Shown: positions 1-8,792 of the stretch, piece after piece
How positions within the stretch are numbered: position 1 is the first letter of the stretch
Layout: each line of letters starts with the position of its first letter
Virus genome (UHGV): UHGV-0213570
Strand: one strand, 5' to 3'
Length of the DNA stretch: 45,333 nucleotides
DNA from: a virus
Notes under the pieces: generated by a model
Seen by the model: only the letters and a program-made list of their open reading frames with translations
What the model was told of the DNA's origin: nothing
Databases searched by the model: none
Program-made: the position numbers and the translations under genes

Positions 1-140
1 TTGACCACGATTGGGGGCAGCGCCGCCTTCAGGTCATCCGGCATCATTACCCACACATGCATCATTGCATCAGGCCATAACTGCAGCAGGGAGCAGAATG
101 AAATCCACGCGCCGAGCAGCCAGTTGCTTAGCTTTTTCAT
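1..140 (-). CDS. N-terminal part of a holin-like small membrane protein, truncated by the window start. ATG at 140..138 overlaps the endolysin stop (ATGA). The frame continues into 45333..45243 if the molecule is circular.
   Basis: Translation MKKLSNWLLGAWISFCSLLQLWPDAMMHVWVMMPDDLKAALPPIVV gives a hydrophobic TM1. The ATGA overlap with the upstream endolysin suggests translational coupling. Confidence 0.5.
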   Translation of the reverse strand, partial: MKKLSNWLLGAWISFCSLLQLWPDAMMHVWVMMPDDLKAALPPIVV

Positions 141-601
141 GCCACAACTCCGCCAGCATCCTTGTACACCTGAATCAGCTTATCCAGCTTCTGCTCGTGC
201 TGACCATAGCCAGCACCCGGCAACGAAGCCCAGCGGGAACGACATTTATGGATAGCATCAGCAATGCGACCAGCCTCGATGTCGGCAGTGGCTTTACATT
301 CTCGGATTAGCTGCATTGCAATAGCGTCCTGTGATGCGGGAGAGAAGTCAGGCAGGCGCAGTTGCTTTTTGTACGCATCATAGAATTTAGCCAGTACCTG
401 ATAGCGCCCGGCAGCAGTGGATTTGATACCCAGCCTTGGCAGGCTAACCAGCTTGCGCGGGTGGTCTGCGTAGTCGGTAAACAGCGAACCACCGACAATC
501 ACATCATAACCATGATTATTGGTTTTCTGTCGCCCATTATCCGTACCCTCGCTGTACGCCAGCATATCCAGAAATGCTTTCATGTTTTTGCTAATAGCCA
601 T
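137..601 (-). CDS. endolysin, lambda R-type lytic transglycosylase
   Basis: From the ATG at 601 (RBS AGAGG) the protein matches lambda R along its length: AFLDMLAYSEGTDNGRQKTNNHGYDVIVGG, FTDYADHPRKLV, STAAGRYQ, FSPASQDAIA, RWASLPGAGYGQ. Confidence 0.85.
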   Translation of the reverse strand: MAISKNMKAFLDMLAYSEGTDNGRQKTNNHGYDVIVGGSLFTDYADHPRKLVSLPRLGIKSTAAGRYQVLAKFYDAYKKQLRLPDFSPASQDAIAMQLIRECKATADIEAGRIADAIHKCRSRWASLPGAGYGQHEQKLDKLIQVYKDAGGVVA

Positions 602-869
602 ACCAGTAAACCTCTTTTTCAGCTTTGCGTTTTGCTTTGTTGCCAGTCTTCTCGCCCCACACGATGAAATGCGCAACAGCACATGAGAAGCAGCGGAGAT
701 TGTGTTTCTTCAGAAGCATTGATTTGCGGAACGATTCAATGCCGATGTCGGTTGCGAGGCTTGTCAGTGCATCGAACTGACTCTGCGTTGTCTCGGTGGT
801 GATGTAAGGCGATATATCCACGGCATCGGTGATTTCAAACATCTCCATACCGCGCTGCGATAGTTTCAT
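591..869 (-). CDS. hypothetical 92-aa protein upstream of the endolysin (not hydrophobic, so not a holin)
   Basis: ORF with a consensus RBS AGGAGG 4 nt upstream of the ATG at 869. It overlaps the endolysin start by 11 nt. Confidence 0.5.
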   Translation of the reverse strand: MKLSQRGMEMFEITDAVDISPYITTETTQSQFDALTSLATDIGIESFRKSMLLKKHNLRCFSCAVAHFIVWGEKTGNKAKRKAEKEVYWYGY

Positions 870-913
870 ACTGCCTCCTGTTTAAATAATGATTAATTCT
901 ATCACAGTGGCTA

Positions 914-943
914 TTGACGTAGATTGATTGGTGAGGCTATGAT
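914..943 (+). promoter_or_regulatory. sigma70-like promoter TTGACG-N18-TATGAT containing GTAGAT boxes (TTGACGTAGATTGATTGG ... GATGTAGATAC)
   Basis: A -35 TTGACG at 914..919 and a -10 TATGAT at 938..943. The element precedes RBS GAGGTG and the first plus-strand gene at 974. Confidence 0.5.
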
Positions 944-973
944 GTAGATACACAAACGAATGAGGTGATTGAT

Positions 974-1138
974 ATGTACTCTATTGAAATTGAAGGTTGT
1001 GATGGTGAGATTTACTTTTACGGCGAAACATTTGATTGCCTTATTGAGGCCAAGAAGATATCTCAAAGACTGGAGTCGGAAGATGCTGAAATTGAATGCG
1101 CTTGCGTTGTACTAACTGAAACTGGGGAGTTAGCATAA
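974..1138 (+). CDS. hypothetical 54-aa protein
   Basis: ATG 974 sits behind RBS GAGGTG. The TAA stop overlaps the next ATG as TAATG. Confidence 0.45.
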   Translation: MYSIEIEGCDGEIYFYGETFDCLIEAKKISQRLESEDAEIECACVVLTETGELA

Positions 1139-1278
1139 TGGCAATCATAAAATTCACCACCGGACAAACCGCTGCATTCGATTTGTCTCAGATTAAGGTT
1201 ATGAAATGCGGAAAAGTGGTTGCGCCATTTGGTCTGGTGCAGATGCGTGAAGTTGAGATTGTTGAATATATTAAGTGA
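1138..1278 (+). CDS. hypothetical 46-aa protein
   Basis: Translationally coupled to the preceding ORF through a TAATG overlap. Confidence 0.4.
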   Translation: MAIIKFTTGQTAAFDLSQIKVMKCGKVVAPFGLVQMREVEIVEYIK

Positions 1279-1286
1279 GGTTAGTG

Positions 1287-1586
1287 ATGGAGGAATTTAA
1301 AGGTACGCGTGGCCCATGGAACTACCATAATGATGAGCCGGATTGGGTTACTGATAGCAATGACAATATAGCTGTAGCGAGAGTTACTTGCTACAACACA
1401 GATGCAAACGCTCAACATGCAAACGCAAAACTAATCGCAGCGTCACCGGAACTACTCACAGCACTCCAGCGACTACTGGAAATCTACGACGACCACTCCG
1501 GAAAAGTCTGGACAACATCAAGCAAGCGTCGCGCTCTGGATAATGCGCGTGCGGCGGTTAATAAAGCATTGGGAGAAACAAAATGA
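1287..1586 (+). CDS. A-family small protein, paralog of 34512..34829 (uncharacterised)
   Basis: ATG 1287 follows GTGAGG. Shares F-KGT+GPW and A+LIAASPELL-AL--L motifs with the 34512 gene. Its stop overlaps the start of the 1583 gene. Confidence 0.6.
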   Translation: MEEFKGTRGPWNYHNDEPDWVTDSNDNIAVARVTCYNTDANAQHANAKLIAASPELLTALQRLLEIYDDHSGKVWTTSSKRRALDNARAAVNKALGETK

Positions 1587-2191
1587 AACTTATCGACCTG
1601 TTAGTTCAAGAATTACCTAAGCGTGGTGGGTGGAAGGAAAACTGGGTGGTGGTTACGCAAGATGCCGACGGTTATTTCTGTTGCTGGCGTTATGACGATC
1701 CAAAATACAATGAATTTAGATGGATGCACATAACAGGAAAAGGCCTGGTCGGATACTGGCGAGTTGATAATGATAATGATGTTGTTTTATCATGCGACAG
1801 CGCGGAGTCAATAGTAACCAAAAACCAATACGAATCTGCACTCGCAGCAGCACAAAAGCAAGCATGGAACGGCGAAGGCGTCCCGCCAGTTGGGTGTGAG
1901 TGTGAGGCAAAATACAGGGAATCAGATAGCTCCGAGTGGTTTTTATTCCGCTGCGTAGGCGTTGATTGTGGCGTTGCATTTGGCTGGGCAGGGAAAGAGG
2001 CCGCAACCCTTGGTAAAGGGAGTTATGAGTTCAGACCACTCCGCACAGAATCAGAAAGGAAGCGCGATACAGCAATTGAGGCAATGCAGAGGGAGGCTGA
2101 CGATGGTGATAACTGGATTTATAGCGAATACGAAATCATTTACGACGCAATCGCAGCAGGAAAAATTCCCGGCGTAAAACTGGAGGATTGA
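1583..2191 (+). CDS. hypothetical 202-aa protein, the variable partner of the A-family gene
   Basis: Long ORF whose start overlaps the stop of the 1287 gene. Confidence 0.55.
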   Translation: MKLIDLLVQELPKRGGWKENWVVVTQDADGYFCCWRYDDPKYNEFRWMHITGKGLVGYWRVDNDNDVVLSCDSAESIVTKNQYESALAAAQKQAWNGEGVPPVGCECEAKYRESDSSEWFLFRCVGVDCGVAFGWAGKEAATLGKGSYEFRPLRTESERKRDTAIEAMQREADDGDNWIYSEYEIIYDAIAAGKIPGVKLED

Positions 2192-2192
2192 C

Positions 2193-2387
2193 ATGTATAA
2201 AATGAGCAAGAGAAGTCTGGCTGGTAGAGTCATCGTGTCGCCTCTGTTCCTTCTCGTTTTGTTGGTGGAGGCGGTACTCAATAAGACTGAAGACTGGGGC
2301 TATTCAGTAAGACGACTCAGGATTAAGGTGACTGATTTTGTTGACGAGAAATTTCCATTGGCAAACGGTAAGAAGACTAAAATTTGA
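2193..2387 (+). CDS. small protein with a hydrophobic N-terminal segment (64 aa)
   Basis: N-terminal stretch VIVSPLFLLVLLVEAV. ATG lies 2 nt after the previous stop. Confidence 0.45.
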   Translation: MYKMSKRSLAGRVIVSPLFLLVLLVEAVLNKTEDWGYSVRRLRIKVTDFVDEKFPLANGKKTKI

Positions 2388-2391
2388 TAAA

Positions 2392-2417
2392 AGACCGCCA
2401 TCAGGCGGCTTTATTAT
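2392..2417. terminator. bidirectional rho-independent terminator between the convergent 2193 gene and the MuF-like gene
   Basis: Hairpin GACCGCC-ATCA-GGCGGC flanked by T-runs on both strands. Confidence 0.5.
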
Positions 2418-3351
2418 GCGTTCCCTGCCATGCTTCCCGCTGCTTATCAAGCCTTTCCTGTGACGACTCAAGAATGATTGGCTTGCCATCCATTAATAGC
2501 GCAGGAGTTTGTGCGCAGTGGCAATTATATCTATTGCCATTCTCGCTATAGAACGTGTCAATTTCTTCTGGCGTGTAAAACTTACCATGCCGTGACGCAT
2601 GCCAAGCCCTCGTTGATTTCATCAGCGCCGATTGCCACAGCATCACCGTCTCAATACCCAACGCCTCACGCGCCTCAATAACCTCCCGCCTGTTAGCCTG
2701 CCTAAGCGTTCCGGTGATTTCAGTCTGCGCCAGCTGCTTGGCGTAGCTGTGAGACACATCAACACGCTTAACAATATCAGCCTCAACATCACGAGGATTA
2801 GCGCCACGGGCAATGCCTTCCATGATGACGGATGCCAGTTTCTGGCGTGAATAATCGCTCAACCCGCGCCAGTCACTGTACCCTGCTGTATATGCCAGTT
2901 GCAGGCGATTAAGATAAGGCTCACTGTAGAGTATCGCAGCAATAGGCCTCTGCTCGGCATAAACCGGAGACAGGCTTGAAAGCTCAGAGTTGGCCTTCTG
3001 CGTGCCAGCCTGATATGCATCACCAATGAAAACATTAGCCCACATCCTGCCGTGACCGAAATCATCACCTTCAAGCAGAATCTCGTCAATCAGAGCCTGC
3101 AACTCATCCATGAAAGTGGCGGCACGTGCACTACTGAAATCATAGAAATACAGGCCGCTTGACTCTGCGTTAGCCTGACTGCTCGGAATGGTGCGGAACA
3201 ACTCAAGAGAACGAGTCCTGAGTTGTTTGTGTTTGCGCGTTATCACCTTATCCATCTTTGACAGGCGAGTTGCAGCGCCCAACGGGTCGGTCAGGCTCTG
3301 CGATATGCGCGGCTGGTGAGGTATTCTTGCGTTAAACCGGAGTATCTTCAT
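2401..3351 (-). CDS. head morphogenesis protein, Mu gpF / SPP1 gp7 family (start could instead be 3438)
   Basis: C-terminal motifs [34 protein letters not shown] and NCHCAQTP are typical of MuF. The gene sits directly after the portal gene. Confidence 0.7.
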   Translation of the reverse strand: MKILRFNARIPHQPRISQSLTDPLGAATRLSKMDKVITRKHKQLRTRSLELFRTIPSSQANAESSGLYFYDFSSARAATFMDELQALIDEILLEGDDFGHGRMWANVFIGDAYQAGTQKANSELSSLSPVYAEQRPIAAILYSEPYLNRLQLAYTAGYSDWRGLSDYSRQKLASVIMEGIARGANPRDVEADIVKRVDVSHSYAKQLAQTEITGTLRQANRREVIEAREALGIETVMLWQSALMKSTRAWHASRHGKFYTPEEIDTFYSENGNRYNCHCAQTPALLMDGKPIILESSQERLDKQREAWQGTHNKAA

Positions 3352-4744
3352 TTTCTTCTTCCGGCGGAGTGTCTTCGCGGTAGCTTTCGTCGAGTTCAAT
3401 CGGGTCCATACCAACCATTCCGCGAGCCTCATCAACACTCAGCAACGCAGACTGACCAGCATCGAAGAAAGACTTGTTAGCAGTGGCGAGCTTAGCCAGC
3501 AACTCGGCTTTATCCAGCTCTGACGGTGCCAGCAGGTCATCCCACTTAACCTTGTAGCCATTTGCCGGGGCTTTATCGACAATGCCGAACTGAATCATGC
3601 GTTCAACGAAAATTGAGATGACATAATCCACCCACGTTTCGCGGCGCTGCTTGGCGGTCATCGCCTCCTGCACCTTGTCTTCATCACTCGCAAGGCGTCC
3701 GGTTTGCTGCCCAAAAATGACGGTGAACGGAAGCGCCATTGATGCAGCGAACTGGTTGGCAGCAACTTCCCATGTGGGTTTCGGGTCGGCTGGCGTTACG
3801 GCAAGAACCTTCGCATCTGCGCCCATTGTGAACATAGCGGCGTCAATTCCGGAGTTCAGCGCCTCAATGTTCTCATTCATGATGTCGGTGAGTTCTTCAA
3901 TATCGACACCCATTGACTGGGCGAGACTTGCTGGCGTTACGTTATCCTTCGTGTAGTTAACAGCCAGTTGACGGCTGGCATTCTTCAGGAATCCTTCTGC
4001 TGAACTGCCGGAAACCTTCGCCATGTCGATAAGGCTGTTGTAGCCAGCACGCAGCATCGGGACACCACTGAACATGCTGCCGTCAAAGCTACCCTCAGCC
4101 AGAATAACGATACGGTCAGGATGAATCTGCACGGAACGCTCAGGCTTGCCGTCACTGTCGAAATCCTCCACGGCGCTTTCCTGATATTCGTACATCTCAG
4201 GCATACCGTAGTCTTCGCTGGTTTCGTCGTTATTCCACGCGCTAACACGGAGTTGCTCTTCCCATACCGGAATAAAGCGAACAATGGATTTATCTTTAAT
4301 GCGTCTGGTTTTGGTGATGTCTACAGGCTCGCTCCACTGCTTACCGTCGCGGATTTGCAGTATCACAGCGGAATAGCGGTTGATGGCATTGCGCTTGTCA
4401 GCCTCTTTGATGAACGGATAGGCGCGCTTCATCATGTCGTTGATGGACAGCTCCCACGGCGTAGAGTTCTTGTCATCCTCGCCATCTTCAACAACTTCCG
4501 GGTATTTCTGCCAACATTTATTAATAATTCGGTTAATGCCAGCGGCGGCGGCTGGATGTCGCTCATAGGCGTAACGGAACATCTCGGCTGTGATTTCCTG
4601 TGGGTAGCCAAGCTCCTTCCACATGAACTCACGTTTCTGGTCCAGATTCTTCCCCCCAGCACAAAGCCTCTGTTGCTGAATCGCCCGGTTATTGTTCGCC
4701 ACGCGGTCGCGTATATAGGCGTTTAGTGCATCAATTTTGGACAT
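3332..4744 (-). CDS. portal protein
   Basis: 470-aa ORF between the terminase region and the MuF-like gene, with an acidic C-terminus. Assignment rests on position and size. Confidence 0.65.
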   Translation of the reverse strand: MSKIDALNAYIRDRVANNNRAIQQQRLCAGGKNLDQKREFMWKELGYPQEITAEMFRYAYERHPAAAAGINRIINKCWQKYPEVVEDGEDDKNSTPWELSINDMMKRAYPFIKEADKRNAINRYSAVILQIRDGKQWSEPVDITKTRRIKDKSIVRFIPVWEEQLRVSAWNNDETSEDYGMPEMYEYQESAVEDFDSDGKPERSVQIHPDRIVILAEGSFDGSMFSGVPMLRAGYNSLIDMAKVSGSSAEGFLKNASRQLAVNYTKDNVTPASLAQSMGVDIEELTDIMNENIEALNSGIDAAMFTMGADAKVLAVTPADPKPTWEVAANQFAASMALPFTVIFGQQTGRLASDEDKVQEAMTAKQRRETWVDYVISIFVERMIQFGIVDKAPANGYKVKWDDLLAPSELDKAELLAKLATANKSFFDAGQSALLSVDEARGMVGMDPIELDESYREDTPPEEENEDTPV

Positions 4745-4751
4745 ATGTCAC

Positions 4752-4780
4752 CAATAAAAAATCCCTCACGATGGAGGGAT
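4752..4780 (-). terminator. rho-independent terminator closing the moron cluster before the portal gene
   Basis: Minus-strand hairpin ATCCCTC-CATCGT-GAGGGAT followed by TTTTTTATT. Confidence 0.6.
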
Positions 4781-4801
4781 TATAGCATGGATGGTATATG
4801 G

Positions 4802-4999
4802 CTAAACCTTATGCGGGTATCGCTGTCTGAACTTGCCAAGTCCGCAAACCACATTGTATGGCATTCCGTAATTAAAATGGACCTGATAACCACTACCGGC
4901 GCCAACAACATTAACAACGGTTACTACCTCTTCTCTGTGGTTTTTATATTTGCCGCCAACCATCTCATTCCTTATGGTATTTAGTGATTTGAAATACAT
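4802..4999 (-). CDS. hypothetical 65-aa protein
   Basis: ATG 4999 lies behind a perfect RBS AAGGAGGAG. Confidence 0.5.
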   Translation of the reverse strand: MYFKSLNTIRNEMVGGKYKNHREEVVTVVNVVGAGSGYQVHFNYGMPYNVVCGLGKFRQRYPHKV

Positions 5000-5009
5000 C
5001 ACTCCTCCT

Positions 5010-5171
5010 TCATTTGAAATATTGATACAACAAGCATGGCACAACACCAGTTACCACAGCGAAAAATGAACCAGAAATGAAATGTATCATGCTTGGTTTA
5101 TTCACCTTGGCAGCCATAGCCCACCAGAACATAAAGTTAAACGGAATCCAGAACGACCAGAATAGTGCCAT
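5010..5171 (-). CDS. tiny aromatic-rich membrane peptide (53 aa, MALFWSFWIPFNFMFWWAMAAK...)
   Basis: Not in the ORF track because it is under 60 aa. Its start overlaps the upstream stop as TGATG and its TGA stop lies just before the next RBS. Two predicted TM segments. Confidence 0.4.
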   Translation of the reverse strand: MALFWSFWIPFNFMFWWAMAAKVNKPSMIHFISGSFFAVVTGVVPCLLYQYFK

Positions 5172-5359
5172 CACTCCACCTTTTCCAGTTTATCAATAAC
5201 AACGTCATACCCACCAGATTTAAACTCATTAACCTCACTACAACCCATAAATGAGTTAAACGCCTCAATGGCATTACTTGTAGATGCCATACATGAAATC
5301 TTCTTGACGGTATCACCAGTCCACATAACTTCAGCATGAATAAAATAAACGCTCATCAC
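5171..5359 (-). CDS. hypothetical 62-aa protein
   Basis: Tightly packed ORF in the moron cluster. Confidence 0.4.
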   Translation of the reverse strand: MMSVYFIHAEVMWTGDTVKKISCMASTSNAIEAFNSFMGCSEVNEFKSGGYDVVIDKLEKVE

Positions 5360-5593
5360 TCAATCTCCCATCAGTTCATCAAGACCGTACTGTTTTCTCA
5401 TATTCCGCTTGGTTACTATCATTCTTATTGCAGCAATCACCGGCATTGAAACAGGGAAAGAGATAAGCAGCAGCAAACACAGCAGACCATAAACCATGTC
5501 TAACAACATTGTCTTGTCAACAAAATCGCTAACAGTCTCTTTAAGCCAGCCGATATAACCCATCTTGTATCTTTGCTTTGTATTCATCATCAC
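5360..5593 (-). CDS. small membrane protein (77 aa)
   Basis: Hydrophobic core LLCLLLLISFPVSMPVIAAI. Confidence 0.45.
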   Translation of the reverse strand: MMMNTKQRYKMGYIGWLKETVSDFVDKTMLLDMVYGLLCLLLLISFPVSMPVIAAIRMIVTKRNMRKQYGLDELMGD

Positions 5594-6096
5594 TTAATCT
5601 CCAGTCATATGTGACAATCTCTCGCGTCCGGATATTGCAGCAATCTCAGCATCTTCAATCGTCTTGTAGTAACCAAGTGAGTGCTGCTTCTTGTTAAAGT
5701 AAATCATTGCGCGATACAGCCAGCTGGCTTATGTAGTGATACTCCTTTAATTCCTGTGGAGTTATTCTTGTATGGTCCTCGCGTTTTTGCATGATTAATT
5801 TTGCAATCAGTCATTTTCCTGCACCCGGATGGCGTTATCGATAAATCACTCCATTTAGCGCTAAATGGGTTTTGTGAAATGGAATAAACAGCCTGCCCTT
5901 CAGGCGGGAATTCTCCAGTCATATAAAGCCACGCCAGGCGTCTTGCAGTGTATGTTTTCCCTAGTATTGTTATTAGGAAACCAAACTTGGCTCTATAACC
6001 CGCTAGCCTCCCTGATCTGCCACCACGCAACCAGATAAAATCACCAGACTCAGGATAATACCTTAGCCATTTCTTTAACTCTTGCTGAGTAATCAT
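5594..6096 (-). pseudogene. decayed, frameshifted HNH-AP2 homing-endonuclease paralog of the 15623 gene
   Basis: 5704..6096 keeps the N-terminal domain (ARRLAWLYMTGEFP versus AHRVAWFYVNGKWP) and the start of the AP2 domain (NNSTGIKGV). The DHINC...N HNH motif is replaced (YSISQ...). The AP2 domain continues in another frame at 5707..5594 (KQHSLGYYKTIEDAEIAAI versus KKYSVGLFSDINDAAIAL). Confidence 0.6.
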
Positions 6097-6272
6097 CACT
6101 CAATCCCCTCACCATCAACCCAGAGACGCAATACTTTAATAAGCTGCACTGCTTGGTGTTTATCAATGCAAATGAAATCTTTTTCTTGATATATCTTCAT
6201 GCAACCAGCGCACTCTTGATGCAAAATATCGTTAAAGTCAACACCTTCGATAACCACAGGTTTATCCATCAT
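6096..6272 (-). CDS. hypothetical 58-aa protein (MMDKPVVIEGVDFNDILHQECAGCMK...)
   Basis: RBS GAGGGTGA lies 5 nt upstream, and the stop overlaps the next start as TGATG. The upstream linker duplicates the one at 6494..6512. Confidence 0.4.
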   Translation of the reverse strand: MMDKPVVIEGVDFNDILHQECAGCMKIYQEKDFICIDKHQAVQLIKVLRLWVDGEGIE

Positions 6273-6292
6273 TTCATCACCCTCTCAAAAAA

Positions 6293-6490
6293 TCAGTTAA
6301 CCATATAGTAAATATCATCACGAGCAAACTCGTCGGCATCCTCCTGGCATTCAATTGCGACATCCTCATCGTAATATGATGCTAACTGCCTCGCCGTGGC
6401 TCTGCGCTTTTTCTTGCTATTGCGCATATCTCTGAACACGCACAGTTCTTTATCATATGCCCGGACCATTCTTTTCATTATGCTTTTCAT
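6293..6490 (-). CDS. hypothetical 65-aa acidic protein
   Basis: ATG 6490 lies 4 nt after the repeated linker TGATTTTTTGAGAGGGTGA. Confidence 0.45.
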   Translation of the reverse strand: MKSIMKRMVRAYDKELCVFRDMRNSKKKRRATARQLASYYDEDVAIECQEDADEFARDDIYYMVN

Positions 6491-6494
6491 ATTT

Positions 6495-6701
6495 TCACCC
6501 TCTCAAAAAATCATTCTTGCAGCAGATACCCTTGTAACCGCGCTTCTCTTGCAGGTTAACGAAAACATCATCCAGAACGCGCAGCAGGAAATCCTCGTCG
6601 ATGTCATACCGACGGCAAATCACCTCGTCAGGCACACCGGCCCGCGCCAGTGAATAAACTTGCTCTTTTTCCTCCTGTGTGAACCCTGCATAGCTGCGCA
6701 T
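6495..6701 (-). CDS. hypothetical 68-aa protein
   Basis: ATG 6701 with RBS GGAG. First gene downstream of the promoter at 6732..6760. Confidence 0.45.
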   Translation of the reverse strand: MRSYAGFTQEEKEQVYSLARAGVPDEVICRRYDIDEDFLLRVLDDVFVNLQEKRGYKGICCKNDFLRG

Positions 6702-6731
6702 AGTGATATCTCCGATAAGCCTGATGTAGAT

Positions 6732-6760
6732 ATACTATGCGCTCGGTGTAGATTGGTCAA
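6732..6760 (-). promoter_or_regulatory. sigma70-like promoter TTGACC-N17-TAGTAT for the moron cluster, with two GTAGAT boxes in reverse orientation in the spacer
   Basis: On the minus strand, TTGACC spans 6760..6755 and TAGTAT spans 6737..6732. The plus strand reads GATGTAGATATAC ... GGTGTAGATTGGTCAAG. Confidence 0.5.
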
Positions 6761-6776
6761 GTGTGGTGGTGAAGAT

Positions 6777-8201
6777 TTACCGCCTGCGCCGGATTAGCAT
6801 TCCGCTACCGCGCTGAACGATGTGGTCATTGAGTGCATAGCGAACCGCATCCCAGAAGTGGTTGAATGCATCAACAATATCAGTCAGCACGTTTCCAGTT
6901 AGTTTATCAACCTTGTAGCTGTACATCGTCGCTTCATTCTGCATTTCCTTGCATCGCTCGTGGATAATGATGTTGTCGCAGCCTCGCAACCACGTTACGC
7001 CATCCTCAACGCTACCTGGCCATTTCGTGCATGGGTGAATATCAAAGCCAGAGCGCTTTATGTGGCTAATGGTTTCTGGTCGCGCGCAGTCTGCATACCA
7101 TCGCGCACGCTTAGCCATCGGGAATGATTGCTCCATCGCCGCTGGCGTATCGGTAATCTCAAGCCCAACCTTGCCGTACTCGCGATTAATATAAATGTTG
7201 CGTCGTCCACCTGGTAACTCTTCAATATAAACCTCAACCATTGCGGTAGGATCGGTGGAAAACCCGAAGTCCATCCCGAAATATGGGCCATGCCATTCAG
7301 ATTTGACCTCAAAGTTATCTACACGCCACTTGCCGCCAAAGACCTGCTCATCGCTGCGTTTGTTGAAGGCTCCCATCCAAATCCAGCGATAACGGTCGTA
7401 ATCCGTTCGCTTCATTTGCTCCATAGCGGATGGCAACGGCGTATCCCAGAACCACGGGTTGTCGGAATAGTTACATTCGATAATCAGGATTTCATCATTT
7501 TCGAATATGCCATCAACCATTTGTGAGTGGTAGGGAGCAATCCAGTTTTTCCATGTCGGGTCCGTTTCCTTGTTGGGGTTGAATGAGCACCACAGCTCGG
7601 AATTAGCAGCGCGGATGGTGGGAACCAGAATATCCCAGCTTGTCTGGCTGACGTTCTCTGCCTCCTCCACCCAGCCTACGGTAATGCCAGCAAAACCCTT
7701 AACGGTTGTCTGATTGCGATACAGCCCCTTGAAGCGAAATTTAGCCTTGGTCTTTTTGTGCGTTATCTCGTTATTGATAACGCGGAACTCTGACGATTCA
7801 CCCTTACGTGCTATTTCGTCGCACAATTCCTGATAGCTTGAGTCTTCAATTGATTGCTGAATCTCACGAAAGCAGGCGAAACGGTCAGGCCGGAATCTTG
7901 CACGTTCAGTAAGTATAGTGATAATAGTTCTCGTCTTACCTGACCCACGGCCGCCATAGACGAACTTGAAACGTTTGGGGTATAGCAGACGTTCAAGTTT
8001 TGCCGGAATCAGGTGGTCTGCATGAGTAGTTACATTGGTCACATCATCAACGCCAGTAGCGGTCATCCTTAGCCGCTTGATGACGTTTTTCTGCATGTCG
8101 CAGATTCCAAAGATTGCGGATTCTGCAACATCAGTCATCGCATCATCAATCTGAGCTTCCAGTTTTTCGATTGCCAGCGTAGAGAGGCGTTTACGAGCCA
8201 T
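6777..8201 (-). CDS. terminase large subunit
   Basis: Walker A motif YGGRGSGKT near the N-terminus, then a long nuclease-type C-terminal region, in a 474-aa ORF. Confidence 0.8.
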   Translation of the reverse strand: MARKRLSTLAIEKLEAQIDDAMTDVAESAIFGICDMQKNVIKRLRMTATGVDDVTNVTTHADHLIPAKLERLLYPKRFKFVYGGRGSGKTRTIITILTERARFRPDRFACFREIQQSIEDSSYQELCDEIARKGESSEFRVINNEITHKKTKAKFRFKGLYRNQTTVKGFAGITVGWVEEAENVSQTSWDILVPTIRAANSELWCSFNPNKETDPTWKNWIAPYHSQMVDGIFENDEILIIECNYSDNPWFWDTPLPSAMEQMKRTDYDRYRWIWMGAFNKRSDEQVFGGKWRVDNFEVKSEWHGPYFGMDFGFSTDPTAMVEVYIEELPGGRRNIYINREYGKVGLEITDTPAAMEQSFPMAKRARWYADCARPETISHIKRSGFDIHPCTKWPGSVEDGVTWLRGCDNIIIHERCKEMQNEATMYSYKVDKLTGNVLTDIVDAFNHFWDAVRYALNDHIVQRGSGMLIRRRR

Positions 8202-8337
8202 TAATCAGCTCCTGTAAAACAGCCATCACTTCGTCATCCGTCATTGCTTTATCAAATGTAATGCCGCGACTACTGCTGTTGCGTGGCAATAGCACCTCGT
8301 CACATTTTGATTTATAGTTATTTGCTTCATCATCCAT
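8191..8337 (-). CDS. hypothetical 47-aa ORF between TerS and TerL (overlaps both)
   Basis: Its ATGA overlap with the TerS stop and 11-nt overlap with the TerL start suggest coupling. The assignment is weak. Confidence 0.3.
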   Translation of the reverse strand: MDDEANNYKSKCDEVLLPRNSSSRGITFDKAMTDDEVMAVLQELINGS

Positions 8338-8755
8338 TCTGCTGCTCCAGTAATTTCTCCAGTCGCTCAAGTCTCGCGGCGAGTTCTGTAACTTCGGCAA
8401 TATCCAGACCTGTCCTGATAACCTCGGCAAATGTCTTACCAATATCCACAGGTATAACGCCAGCGGCTATTCCCCGAATAACGGCGTCAATCTTCTGTAC
8501 CGGAGTTCCGTCATCAGGGAAGTCCACCTCAAACACCGGGGCAACTGGTTTAGGCAGCGGGCTGAATCGAACGATAAGTTCCTTCATCATTGCGGTGTCA
8601 CGCTCAATCATTGCCATCTCAACGATTGTGTCATAGAGCTTTTCTTCGCTAAACCCCTTCCTCTCAAGAGCTTCAACGAGCAATTTGCGCTTATCTTTCC
8701 CGCGCTTGTTTTGTGGTTGATTTTCTTTACTGAATAGCTTTTTAGCCATAGACAA
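8330..8755 (-). CDS. putative terminase small subunit
   Basis: 141-aa basic protein immediately upstream of TerL with an N-terminal KRGKDKRKLLVEALERKG DNA-binding-like segment. Assigned by position. Confidence 0.5.
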   Translation of the reverse strand: MSMAKKLFSKENQPQNKRGKDKRKLLVEALERKGFSEEKLYDTIVEMAMIERDTAMMKELIVRFSPLPKPVAPVFEVDFPDDGTPVQKIDAVIRGIAAGVIPVDIGKTFAEVIRTGLDIAEVTELAARLERLEKLLEQQNG

Positions 8756-8792
8756 AACCTATCAATATTCCGCTATTTTTCCGTTATTCGAT

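Noticed and set aside
591-869. The gene upstream of the endolysin as a holin
   Set aside because: The product has no hydrophobic transmembrane stretch. It is kept as a hypothetical protein.
4121-4726. 201-aa plus-strand ORF
   Set aside because: It is antisense within the portal gene and has no independent signals.
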